A stretch of DNA of 64,000 bases from Eledone cirrhosa. Lineage: Eukaryota. Location of the stretch: the NCBI GenBank assembly GCA_964016885.1, contig OZ024743.1, positions 191,890,001 through 191,954,000 on the forward strand. The letters are read 5' to 3'. Below, in pieces: positions 27,570 to 41,775 of the stretch; position 1 is the first letter of the stretch; each line of letters begins with the position of its first letter. The notes under the pieces are model-generated. The model had not been told where the DNA came from, did no database searches, and saw only the letters and a program-made list of their open reading frames with translations. The translations under genes were made by a program, and so were the position numbers.

Positions 27570-30452
27570 AAGACTGCCACCCTCAATGTTGGCACCCTGA
27601 AAGGTAAATCAGGTAAAATTGTGGAACTGTTAGAGAAAAGAGAAGTAGATGTATGATGTGTACAAGAAGTGAGAGGGAGAGGTACCTCAGTGAGACTAAT
27701 CACAGACAAACAACAGAGATATAAACTTTACTGGATAGGTAATGACGATGGAGTAGGAGGTATAGGCATCTTACGAGCTGAGAAATGGGTAGATAAAGTG
27801 ATAGAGGTAGTTAGAGTAAGTGACAGAATCACCAAGCTTAGAATAGCTGTAAGAAATAGACTGGTGACAATTACATCTACCTATGCTCCACAGGCAGGAC
27901 TAAGTAAAGACCAAAAGGACAGGTTCTATGAGAAACTTCACAGACAACTTCAGGGACTGATGAAAGAGACCTCATCTTCCTGGCAGGCGACTTCGGTGGA
28001 CATGGGGGGCAGTTCTAGGACAGATTCAGTGGAATTCATGGCAGCTATGAAGAGGGACTGAGGCTCCTGGAATTCTGTGATGTGAATGAGTTAACCATCT
28101 GCAACAGAAATTTCCGGAAACCAGAGCCACCTAATTGTATATTAATCAGAACACACAAGCCAAATTGATTGCTTACTCATAAGACATTAAGATAAACGAA
28201 CTGTGATAAACACTAAAACCTTCCCTGGGGAAGAATGCACCACCTAACACAAGTTAGTTATTAGTGACATCAAAATAAACATAAGAGAGAACAAGATACA
28301 CAGAAAAGTATGGAGACAGAGGCTCTGGAAGCTAAAGGACCTTTCAGTTAAATATAGGTTTAGAAACGCCCAATAGAATGCAGTGGATGAGAGGGGTGAC
28401 AAGATAAGTATATATTACATAGAGAACAACTAGAAATTCCTACGTGACAACCATTTGCAAACTATTGACAAGTCTTGTGGCTGGAGTAAAGTGCCAACCA
28501 GACAGAGGGTGACCTGGTGGTGGAACAGCACAGTAGATAGAGCCATTAAAGCCAAGAGACAGGCACGGAAAGACTGGAAAAATGAGGGTAGCAGAAACCA
28601 GTACCAGATAGCTAAGAAAAAAGCTAAATGATAGGTATACACAGCTCAGAGAAAGGCTGAAAAAAGAAAGTTTGCCAATGTCTTGAGACATGAGAACAAG
28701 GGACATGAAGTGTTTTGCATTGAATGGCAGTGTGTTAGTGTAAATTGAGATGTTGGAGGAAAATGTGTTAGAAATGACACTGGTGCACTTAGCACCACTG
28801 ACACTCAAATAAAAGGGGAAATGTTACTATGAGAAATTGTTGAATGTAGAGAATGAATGGAAGGAAGAGAAACTACTTCCAACTTACACAACAGAAGGAC
28901 CTGCTATGGAAGTAAACATTTGTAAGGTCAAAGAAGCAATCAAAAGAGATGAAGAGTGATAAAGCTGCGAGACCGTCAGAGATAGTTGCTGAGATGCTAA
29001 AAGCATGAGAAGTAGGAGTGAGTCTAGTAACCCACATAGTCAATCAGGTAATACAGGACAGAGCCATACCCAATGACTGGTGCAGCAGTACAATCATAAA
29101 TTGCTGCAAGAGCAGAAAGGAGTAACTACAGAGGAATAAAACTAATGCACGAAATTATGAAATGGACAGAAAGAGTTATAGCCCAACTAATCAGGGAAAG
29201 AGTCAAATTAGACGAGATGCAGTTGGTTTCATGTCTGGAAATATTACTACAGATGCATTCTTCTTAGTGAAGTTCCTAGCCAAGAATAAGCTACTATATT
29301 TAGCTTTTGTTGAATTAGAAAAGGCTTTGACAGAGTATGTCGATCTATTATCTGGTGGTCTTTAAGGAAATTAGGTGTAGCAGAATGGCTTGTTAGAGCA
29401 GTGCAAGTCATGTACAGAGGAGCTGTCAGTAATGAGGAATTCAAGGTACAGGTAAGGTTCATCAAGGTTCGGTTCTTAGCCCATTGCTGTTCATCATAGT
29501 TCTCCAGGTCGTAACAGAGGATTCTAAAACTGGCTGTCCATGGGAATGTCTCTATGCAGATGATTTGGTCCTTATAGCTGAATCCATAAAAGAACTAAAA
29601 AGTAAGTTCTGACTATGGAAACAGAATTTGGAATCAAAAGGTCTGAGAGTAAACTTTCCAAAACTAAAGTGCTAGTGAGTAGGAAAGAAGATAAGACCCT
29701 GATCCCTTCAGGGAAGTGGCCCTGCTCCATATGTAGAAAAGGAGTAGGTACAAACTCCATATAGTGTACACAAGAGATGTAGTGGAATAATGGATGGACT
29801 AAAAGGAAAGAAAGACATTGTATGAAGATGCACAGGAGTAATCAAAGGGAAGAGTGGCATTGATATAAACCTCTTCAAGTCACAGGAAGGATCCATAGAA
29901 ATTGTTGATAGCTTCTGCTATCTAGATGACTTAATCCGCAGTAAAGTGGGGTGCTCTGGGAGCATAAGAGCTAGAATAAGAATAGGATGGAAGAAGTTTA
30001 GAGAGTTACTCCCACTGTTTATAGCACATACAAAGGACGACTGTATGATACCTGTGTGACGTGCAATATTGCATAGTAGTGAAACATGAGCAGCGACTGC
30101 AGAAAACATGCATAGACTGGAGAGAAATGAAGCAAATGAACTGAAGGAAAAGCTTGGTTTAAGAGGAATACAAGGTGATGTGTAGGAGAGAAGACTGCCT
30201 TGGTACAGACATGTGATGTACATGGATGATGATGGATAGGTACAGAGGTGCCAGGAAATGCCAGTGGAAGGAAGTCGGAACAGAAGTAGACCAAGAAAGA
30301 CCTGGGCAGAGGTGATGAGAGCGGACCTCAAATCACTGAGACTCACAGAGATGACGAAGAAATGTGGCAAATGGAGAGATACTGTGCTGAAAAGAACCCA
30401 TCCAACCCATGCAGACATGGAAAAACAGACGTAAAAATGATGATGATGATGA
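27570..30452 (+). mobile_element. Old near-full-length RTE (family C-like), many stops and frameshifts
   Basis: Decayed TLNVGTLKG, TYAPQ, TWWWN, YADD, SGKWPCSIC and LPWYRHV in order, then a (GAT)n tail. Confidence 0.88.
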
Positions 30453-32683
30453 AGTTCAATATGTTTCCTAATTCAATAATTTTTCTTTTCTTTTTATCTT
30501 TCCTTTTTCATACATATCTCTACTTTTCTCTCTCTCACTCACTCTCTTTTTCTCTCTCTTCCTCACCCCCACCCCACCACCACCATCTCTTTCTAATTAT
30601 TTCTGTCTTTTAGGCCTGCTGCTTCTTTTCTTCTGCAAAGTGATATTTAGCATACTAGAAATTTCCAGATTTTTCTCTAAGATACCAAAATATGCCTTTC
30701 ATTTATTTTATACAAACACTTCAGAAATCCAAAAGGATATCTCATATTTATTTTATTTTGTGATGTTTTTTAAGAACAAACAAACCAAAAATGAAATAAT
30801 GTTAAGCTTCTGAGAAATGTGTACTGATTCATCCTTTTTAGTTTCTTTGAAAGTAATTTTTTTTAAAGGGTTTCTTTTAATAAAATGTTCATCTTTTACT
30901 ATTTATCCATTTCTGTGGATTTTGTACTACTTAAGTATTGGATAAATACATTTAGATTTCTTTAAAAATAAAATACCCCTTTGATTTCATTCAAAGTTCA
31001 CGAAACAGAATAGAAAACAGATTTAGAGAAAGTCACTCAAAGATGCTTGAAATATACCTCTAAAGTGTAACAAGCTGATAATCTTAAGCAGAGAATCACA
31101 AAGGACAAAATTTGTATGATCCAAATCATAGCTCAAATCTCTTTTGGGCTTCTTTCTTTGGAAATAAACAAGACAAAAAAAATAGCTGGTTACAATACAA
31201 AGTAATGAATAATTTTGCACAATCACATCTACTTAGCTTTACTGGATAACTTTGTTGAAGGAGGCCTTTCAATTCAGGAAGGAAGAAGACAATCAACAAG
31301 ATCCCAGACCACATTCACTTACTGAGTGGGGTGGACCTTGTCCAAATCAGACCCAAAACACAATATTTCCATTGGTCTTTCCATTGCTGATATTATCTAC
31401 TGGTTGCAACTCCTGGTAGAAAGGGCAACGTGAAATAAAATGTCTTGCTTAAGCACATACTGCCTTACCCAGTCTGGAATTGAACTTGCAACCTGACAAT
31501 TGTGAATCCAATTCTCTAACCACTAAGCCACATGCCTTCACTAAATTTTCAGCCTGGACTGCAGGGTGGCCAGTGCATATCCCTGCCAACTTGGCTCACA
31601 ATAGTGAGAGAGGGGAAGAATGGGAGTTACGGAGGCAGTGACAGTGGGAGTTTGTTTCTTTTGTGTTTGGACCTGGTGAATATATGTGTATATAAGAGAG
31701 AATGAACAAATATCACCACCACCATTAGAAGCTTCTGCTCTGAAAAGACAGATTTTGTAGTGTAAACACTGTATATATGTAAGTAAATGATAGTTTCTCA
31801 AGTAAATGGATACAAGTCTAGCAGGGCTGTAATGTTAAGAAGTTTACTTTACAATTAAATGGTTCCAGAGTCAATGCCAGTATGCAGCACCTACTACAAT
31901 TGTCTTCTAGGATAGCCTTGAGTTGACTTTGGTTGTTGTTGTTGTTGCTGCTGCATAGTTCCAAATCAGCTCTGATTGAGCTGTCCAATGGCTGAATAAA
32001 GTGGCATAACACAGACAATTCTTCCTAATTATACCATGTTTCCATTCAGCAAAGGATCACACTGCTCATTGCAGCATGCTGTGATAAATCACACAGGGTG
32101 CAGCATAACAGTCAAGATTTATGACACTCTGTCAACTGTGATCGCAGCAGAAGCAGGTAATGTGGATTCAGTCAGACTATGACAGTCAATGTTCCTTTCC
32201 ACTTAACGTTGTAGATGTACATCTTCAGCAAGACTATTAATGTTTTAGTAACTATTTCTGTGTGTATATGATCTTAATATTTGAAGTTCAAACCATACCA
32301 AGGTCAACTTTGCCTTTCCTTCTTCTTGGGTCGTGAAAATAAAATACAAGTCAAATTCTGAGATTGAGTTAATCAATTTTGCCCTTCCCTCAAATTTGCT
32401 AGCCATGTGCCTAAATTAAAAACAATGCTTGTCTAAGTTGAGTGAGAAAGATAACAATTTTATGATGTTGTATTAGAACCTCAGTGTTTGGAAGTGATTT
32501 TGCATGGAGTGACAGGGATGGTAGAGGATTGAAGCCTGGTGCTGCAACAAATTGTGTTTTACACTTGCTCAGGTGGTCTGTGTGCCCGGTTCATGTACAG
32601 CCCATTTATGATGTGTAATACTCTGGTTTGTAGTCTTTGTAGTTTTTTTTACAGAGGACAGGGTTGAGCATAACCCCTAACAG

Positions 32684-33345
32684 AGGAGGAGGAGGAGGAA
32701 GAGGAAGAAGAAGAAGAAGAAGAAGAAGAAGAAGAAGAAGAAGAAGAAGAATTAAATCTTGTTGCAATGTGAACTCGAACCACAAGATAATCAAAATTTA
32801 CTACCAATCAAACATTAGAATGACAGACTTGCTTCTAAGTTCAAATAGGGAAATGGTGGTGGTGGTGGTGGTGATAACGACAGTGATGATGATAGTGGGG
32901 GTGGTGATAGTGGTGTTGCTGCTATTAATGGTAGTAGTAGTGATGGTGACGGTGGTAATGAGCATAGTGATGGTGATTGTGGTGATGATGATGATAATGA
33001 TAGTGGGGGGGGGAGGATGGTCATGATGCTGGTTTTACTGCTTCTGATGGTGGTGGTAGTGATGGCAATGGTGGTGATGAGGATGGTGGTGGTAGTGATG
33101 ATGATAGTGGGGGTGATAGTGATGCTGCTGCATCGACTGCTGCTGATGGTAGTAGCGATGGCAATTGTGGTGATGAGGATAACGATGATGATGGTAGCCG
33201 TGGTGGTGGTGGTGGTGGTGGTGGTGGTGATACTGTTGTTGATGATTATGGTGATGCTGTTGATGAAGATGGTGGTCGTGGTGGTGACAGTGATGGTGAT
33301 GGTGATGATGATGATGGTAGTGGTGATGGTGATGATTGTGATGAT
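32684..33345. repeat. (GGA)n(GAA)n and degenerate (GGT/GAT)n trinucleotide tracts
   Basis: Directly visible; source of the spurious V/M-rich and T/I-rich ORFs. Confidence 0.9.
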
Positions 33346-33649
33346 CAATTAAAGATTAAGTAACTATAATTTATTATCAATTAACAAATTAACCCTGGGA
33401 AATAAATACATTTCCACCTATTTCTACATTGATAGAGAGATATAACCAAAGTTTGACATTAACACCCACCTCACATGTGAACGCTTAACTGTCCTCTTGA
33501 TATGGTTTAATCAAATTAGCAGTATGCTATTAACTGTTTCTACTTTAGGAACAAGGCCAGCAATAACCCAGTGCATTACTGGTACTTTATTTTATCAACC
33601 CCGTAAGGATGAAAGGCAAAGTCAGTATGCTATTAATGTAATCAAATTA

Positions 33650-34390
33650 GAGTTGATCGTACGAGCCGATGGTCAGTGTAGCAGTCAGCACTCGGCATAA
33701 CTCTGGTATTCAGCACATCTTTCGTATCGCTCTGGCAGACAAGGATATAACCCAGTAGGTGTCTCCATGTTGTTTTGAATTTGTTTTTTTTTTTGCAGGA
33801 AAAGAGTGTTGGTGATGGCCAGGGAGTGCTGAGTGGATAGCTCAAGGAGCAGCCAGCTGTTATCGTTGCTTATCCTATGTCATCCGAGCATGCCAGGCCA
33901 AGTGGCATGGTCTCTGGCAACCCTTGCATTGAAATCGCCCATGATGACGTTTTTTGTCAGAGCTGTTGGTTTCCTAGATGAGTGATCTCATTTCACTGTA
34001 AAAGGATTCTTTTGCAGTAGGGTCTGCTTGCAACATTGAGGCATAGACACTAATGATGGTGAGGAATTAAGGTATTATCAATATTTACTTCTTCCTCACC
34101 CACTCATTGCAGCAGGTCCTGCCACAAGCAACCATCTCCAACTGATTTGGCTAGATCCTCAAGTGAGACCAGCTGAGCACATGCATGTTATCTGACCATC
34201 TTCCTCATGGTCTACCCCTGGATCTCCTGCTGGTTGGTTTTGCCCATACAATCTGTCCAGTGATTATTTCCAGAGACATTCTAACCACATGTCCATAGTA
34301 TCGGAGCTGAAATCTCCTAATACAGAGAAGTAGCGGCTCTACTTGAAGTGACTCTCTAATCTCTGAGCTGTGCACTCTATCAAGAAGGGT
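33650..34390 (-). mobile_element. Decayed RTE/BovB-like fragments
   Basis: WRHLLGYILV...TRVMPSADCYTDHRLVRS (APE end) and an LRYYGHV...PRGRP-like segment. Confidence 0.6.
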
Positions 34391-34473
34391 ATCTGATCAA
34401 AAAATACTACCTCAATATACTGTGCATATGTAATACATATTAACATAATAGGGGTTTATATAGAATATGTTTA

Positions 34474-35033
34474 TCTATATATATAAAACTGAGGATGTCT
34501 GTCTGTGTGTGTGTGTGTCTGTGAGTTTGAATCCCTAAAACTCGAGAAGTACCCAACAGATTTTTTTCAAATTTTACATGTGTATTACGTATGTTTCAGG
34601 GAGTGTTATGCACATAAAAAATTCAACTTTTTGATCCCTAGGTGAAAAACTGCGTTTTTTTCAGCTTTTTAGGTTTTTTTTGAGGTGTTACATCAGACCG
34701 ATTTCCTTGAAATTGTAACTATGTATTAGTCAGTCTCTTCTTCATACCGTGAGCAAAGAAAATCCAACTTTTTTATGGCCTGGGGCCCGCATTAGGTGAA
34801 AAACTTCATTTTTTCAGCTTTTTAGAGCTTTTTCGAGTGCTACTGGTAACATGTAACCCAGTACAACCTGTCGCATGGTCGGGTCGTTGGCGACTAAACC
34901 GGCAACCCCATCAACTTTACTTGGTGAGGAGGGTGATTTTGGACATTCTGCAGGACAAAAACAAAACCTGACAAAGGGCGGAAGAACTCATAAGAGTCAA
35001 CGGCCATCCAAAAATTGTGTAAATGTGTATATG

Positions 35034-35088
<55 letters not shown>

Positions 35089-38000
35089 GTAGCCTTGGTC
35101 GGCAATCTGTCTAGGAGAGGGACCATTCTGATTTCAAAGCCGGAGCGGACAGAGCTCTTTGGCCTTGATAGGCAATCTGTCAAACCAATCCTGACTGGGT
35201 TAAACGACGGCATTGGTAAGCAGGATGTTGTATCAGTAGATAAGGCAATGATCAAGTAACTGTGAATTTGGTTCATACTACTAGTGGCAAGGCGATCATA
35301 TCAACTATTGTTGGATGTTTCGGTGAGGCACAACCGCTCTAATACAGAGTACTGCTTTCACTTGTATGGAGTAGCGACCGCAAGTGTATATCCAGCTATT
35401 GAAAGCTAAATATGAAACAAATCCTTCTATGTTCATCCCACAGTGCTCGTCGCGCGGTTAAACAAGGAGCGCGTCCTGCAACGGATTCTCAGATTGCAGT
35501 CGAAAAATCAGATACTGGGAAACATACACGGAGAAAACAACCAACCCGACTTGTACACGGAAAGAAAGACATCTTTGATGGGACACTCAATGTTCAAACA
35601 CTCCAGAAAGACCATAAAATCCCTGAACTGATTGCTTCAGCAGGGGCGACCAACCACGGTGTTATCTGTCTTCAGGAGCACCGGTTCATACATGAAGAGC
35701 TTGTAACAAAGGAGCAAATATTTGGCAATTGGAGGCTGATAACCTGCTCAGCTTGGAAAAACAACATGAATGCAGCAAATGGTGGAGTTGGAATGCTTTT
35801 CAGCCCGCGAGCCTATGATACACTTGCGAGTGTTGAAATGATAACATCAAGGATAATGATAGTTATGTTTAACGGGAATGCTAAAACCACTGTAATCTCT
35901 TGCTATAGTCCAACAATTGTAAGTGACATGGCCGAAGTAGAGAGGTTTGACATGGAACTAACATCACTCACTAGAGAAATCCCGAAACATAATGTTCTCA
36001 TCATTGGCGGAGACTTCAACGCGCGTCTTGGACAGCTTGATGGATTCAAATACTCACACCACTCACAAACCAATAGAAACGGTTGTATGCTAAAAGATTA
36101 CTTGTGTGAGAACAATTTACGATGTCTCAACGCCATACTCCAAAAAAGACCAGGCCAGTGGTGGACACACAAATCTCCAAATGGTGACAAGACACAACTG
36201 GATTATATCATAATCAATCGAAAATGGAAGAACAGCGCAAAAAACTGCAGAGCATATGACTCGTTTGTTAGTGTTGACTCGGATCATCGCATAGTCTCGG
36301 CCAAGATATGATTAGGTGTCCGAGTGGATAAAAAGAAATCTGCAAATGCTACTCCTTATAACTAGGCAGTTCTGAATACCAATCCTGAGACTTACAAAAC
36401 CTTTGTAACTCAACTGAGCAACCAATTTGCTGCCCTACAAGACTCTGCGCCAACAAAATCATCAAATTCTACATTTAACCACTTTCAAATGGCATTCAAA
36501 GAGGCAGCGGCCGACACCATCCCTTTAAAACCCAAGGTTAAAAAACGAAAACCCTGGGAAACAGAGAGGATACGCCAAAAGCGCAGAGTTGCGAAAAGCT
36601 GCAGAATTGAAAGACACTCAACGATCTCCAGAAAAAATTAGTAACTTCAATGCTGCTTGTACAGCACTGAAACGTGAGTATGAAATTGAGCAAGCCAAAT
36701 ACATGCAGAGAAAGATCAATCATTTCTCAAGTACTGTCAGCAATAAGAAGTCTGCTGAAGCCTGGAAAACTGTCAATAAAATTAGTGGCAGAAAAAGTAG
36801 TGACAGAGCCACAAACTGAAAGCCTCCAGCCAAGACGAATATTTAAAACTGTGGCAACAACATTTTCAGAACCTACTTGGCAAAGCACCACAGATCATCG
36901 AAAAAGAAATAATACCCGTTTTTACAGAGGAACACCAAATACAGAAAGGTCCTTTCACTATGGAGGAACTACAGAAAGCAGTGAAAAGTATCGGTAACGG
37001 AAAAGCGTGCGGACTCGACGATATCCTAGCTGAAGTGTGGAAGGTACCTGAATTTCACCCAATCCTACTAGAGTTGTGTAATAGTGTCTATAATCAAGAC
37101 CCCATAGACAAATGGACTGAGGGATGTATACTCCCTTTTCCCAAATAGGGCAATCTTGGAATGGCTAAAAACTACCGTGGCATAACACTAATGGCAATTG
37201 CCACTAAGATATACAATCTCATGCTGTTTGACAGAATAAGACCTGTCATTGACCCCTTGCTGAGAAAAAACCAAAATGGCTTCCGCACCAACAGATCAAC
37301 ATCAGGGAAAATACTTACTATTCGGTGTATCTTGGAAGGCGTAAAAACCAAAAACCTCCCAGCAACTCTCCTGTTTATTGACTTTTCAAAAGCATTCGAT
37401 TCCATCCATCATGGGAGGATGAGAGAGATACTTCTAGCCTATGGCTTGCCAAAGGAAACAGTAAATGCCATCATGAAACACCATATAAAAACACCCACGC
37501 AATGATGCGCTCACCTGATGGAGATAGCAACTTCTTTGACATCATTGCAGGAGTACTCCAAGTGGATACTCTTGCACCATATATTTTTATCATCTGCCTC
37601 GACTATGTATTGAGAAAAGCCCTGGACGAAAACTTAGAGCTTGGTTTCACTCTCACAAAGCGAAAGTGTAGATGCCATGCAGCTCAGAAAATCACTGATG
37701 CTGACTATGCCGATGATTTAGCGGTCCTCGCTAACTACCTTAAGGATGCAACATCACTATTTCACAGCATCGAATCAGTTGCAAAGGAAATCGGACTCTA
37801 TGTCAATGCAGGCAAAACAGAATATATTTGCCTGAACCAAGACTCCTCAGTTGGTATGCGAAGTCTAAATGGCGATATAATCAAGCAAGTTGATGACTTC
37901 AAATACCTGGGTAGCTATATCGCCTCCACAGAACATGATATTAACATCAGACTGGGAAAAGCCTGGGGAGCATTGAATGCAATGGAAAAGATATGGAAAT

Positions 38001-38671
38001 CAAACCTGCCGGCCAAACTGAAAAGGAATTTCTTCAGAGCTGCTGTGGAATCTGTGCTTGTTTATGGCTCTATCACTTGGACGCTAACGTCGAAACTGGA
38101 GAAAAATCTAGACGGGGTATACACACGTATGCTCTGCGCTGCTTTAAACGTGTCTTGGAGGGAACACCCAACAAATAAGGATCTCTATGGCAATATACCA
38201 CCTATCAGCAGGTCAATACGTGGATAGAGACTCAGATTTGCTGGCCACTGTTGGCACAGCAAGGAAGAAATAGCAGGTGATGTGCTGTTATGGAGTCCAT
38301 CTCATGGAGCAAGAAACGCTGGTCGTCCCAAGAAGAGAGACAGAGATGGATGGAGGAAACGTGTCATAGAAAGCCGAGCAAGCTCGACCTGATGGTGATG
38401 ATGATGATGTCTAGCCGATTTTCCCGAAATTTCAAGGCATATTATGCACATAAAAAAATTCATTTTCTTGATCCCCTAGGGCCTGCATTAGGTGAAATCC
38501 TGCATTTTTCCTGCTTCATCGAGGAAAATCTTAAAGATTATCCACCCATCAGAGTATTCAGTTTATTTTCTTTACATATTGTCCAGGCATGCAGTTTTTC
38601 CACGATTAGGTCTGTTGGCGGCCCGCATTCCAAAATACTGTATTCCGTGCAACGCTGGGTACCACTGCTAA
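34474..38671 (+). mobile_element. Non-autonomous Helitron-like element interrupted by an RTE
   Basis: A|TCTATATATATAAAA 5' end followed by (GTCT/GT)n. 3' hairpin ccgtgcaacgctggg then CTAA|T. No TSD. Internal ~150-bp units continue on both sides of the RTE. Confidence 0.7.
34844..38408 (+). mobile_element. RTE family D (no PHD insert), near full length, pseudogenised
   Basis: APE ORF 35412-36311 (GTLNVQT, LQEHR, GDFNA, DSDHR). RT pieces 36960-38227 (NYRGITL, DFSKAFD, YADD, FKYLG). (GAT)n tail. Confidence 0.9.
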
Positions 38672-39094
38672 TGTATAATAAAAATTCAAGATTCTTACTA
38701 TGAATATTATATCACAGCTATTACAGTAGCTATATAAGAATGTCAGAAGTGTGTTTCTGGATTTTTATCTGTCATCAGTGACATTTATTCACTCGGTATG
38801 GAGACAAGAATAGGCTAAAAGCTTATATGCTTTTTTTGCATATGAAACATCAACTAGTGATTATTATTTGCATATAGTACTAATAAAATATTGCTGAAGT
38901 TTATTTGCATATAGCATAAACTTAACCAGCTAGGAATACTTACTAGTAACACTAACATGACATGGTTCTTAATAAGGGTGTATATGAAATCATAAAGGCT
39001 ATGTTTATGGATAAGAAATATTCAAGACCATATAACTTCATATACACCCCTATTATGAACTATGCTATGTTAGTGGTACTGCTAAGTAAATATA

Positions 39095-39177
<83 letters not shown>

Positions 39178-39182
<5 letters not shown>

Positions 39183-39378
39183 AAAAAGTATGACCCCGAC
39201 GACAGAGCTCAAGCCGTTTCGACGGCTATTTCTGGACTGAGTCCAGAAATAGCTGTCGAAACGGCTTGAGCTCTGCCGTTGGGGTCATACTTTTTCCTAT
39301 TTCCCATTCTACTACCCTAAGTATTGAGTACTCTCATGTGTTATGGTCCATCTGGTTCCTTACCACATTTCCTTTGTT
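39178..39378. mobile_element. Palindromic Penelope pseudo-LTR remnant between (TA)n tracts
   Basis: ~60-bp arms around position 39239; same family as 47147-47585. Confidence 0.7.
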
Positions 39379-39403
39379 ATATATATATATATATATATAT
39401 ATA

Positions 39404-40177
39404 ACTGCTAGCTGCAAAAGGCTTCTCCCTCAGAATGAAAGGCAGACTGTATGATGCGTGTATCCGAACAGCGATGTTGCATGGTAGTGAGACCTGGGCG
39501 CTGAAGGTGGAAGACTTACGTAGATTAGAGAGAAACGAAGCCTGCATGCTCCGATGGATGTGTAACAGTAATATACGTGAACGACAAAGCATAAATGAAT
39601 TGAGAGAGAGACTGAGCATAAGAGGAATCAAATGCTGCGTGCAGGAGAGGCGGTTACGCTGGTATGGACATGTGATGCGTATGAAGGATGACAGCTGCAT
39701 AAAAAGGTGCAGAGCACTAGAAGTTGATGGAAACCGCGGAGTGGGGAGACCCAAGATGACTTGGGATGAGGTGATAAAAGCCGACCTTACCCAACTACAC
39801 CTCTCAAAGTCAATGACACACGACCGTGACTTCTGGCGTCACGCAGTAATACAGGGTACCCGACCTCCCATGGGTACATGCTGAAGCATATAAACAATAT
39901 GCCCCCCCCCCCCCCCACCGCAAGGTGGTCGTGGAGGTGCCACGGCAAAAAAGCACCCAGCCCACACTGTAAAGTGGACGTGTAGGCGCCACGAAAAAGC
40001 ACCCAGCACTCACTGTAAATGAGGTTGGTGTTAGGAAGGGCATCCAGCTGTAGAAATCAAGCCAGATCAGTTCCTGTATGAGCAAGGCATGGTCAGCCGA
40101 CCAGACACTGCCCACAACAGGACAACCCGTCTAACCCATGCTAGCGTGGAAGAACGGACGTAAAACGGTGATGATGA
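39404..40177 (+). mobile_element. RTE family A 3' end, very young
   Basis: Almost identical to the reverse complement of 22608-23375; the 149-aa frame differs by one residue (CCVQ vs CYVQ). (TA)n on both sides. Confidence 0.93.
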
Positions 40178-40900
40178 TATATATATATATATATATGTAA
40201 ACATGACCGTTATTGCTCCAACCAGTCTATTCAACTTCAATAATTATCCTAAATATTCATACACTTACACTACACATATATACATTGTATACATATATAG
40301 AACATACGAAAGCAATCATCGAATGCCCTATACATAACCAATGCACTCAGAAAACAAAGCCAACATTAAACAAACCATCTAGTGGACAAACCATTGGGTT
40401 CCAAACTCATGAAAATTAAATTCATAAAAACCAAGCCAATCATGAACTAAATGTCTATATTAGAGCTAAGATATACCCCAAAATCCCTACCATCATCCAT
40501 ATATCCCAACCCCGCTCCAAATATGAGTATGGGGAAGACAGACTTCTTCGAGTTGCAGTCTTCCAATTACACAGTTTCTGTATAAGAATAGACATTAAAT
40601 ATTCATTATTACCTGCAGTGACTACAACCCCATTACGTGATAGGCCTTGCCTATTAAAGCCAAGTTTCAGTCTTGTTACTCACAGTCATCAACTTTTCAG
40701 GTAAAGAAACCACATATATATATATATACAGACATACATATATACTGTAAAATGGTTGTGTAAAAAGCACCCAGCGCACAATATAAATGTGGTAGGTGCT
40801 AGGAAGGGCCATAGAAAACCAGCGAGAAACAGTCCTATATGAGCAAGACATGGTCACTCGACCCAACTTGCCTCTAAATGAGACAAACACATTTTATATT

Positions 40901-41775
<875 letters not shown>

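Noticed and set aside
32606-33352. V/M-rich, T/I-rich and poly-R ORFs
   Set aside because: Trinucleotide repeat artefacts.
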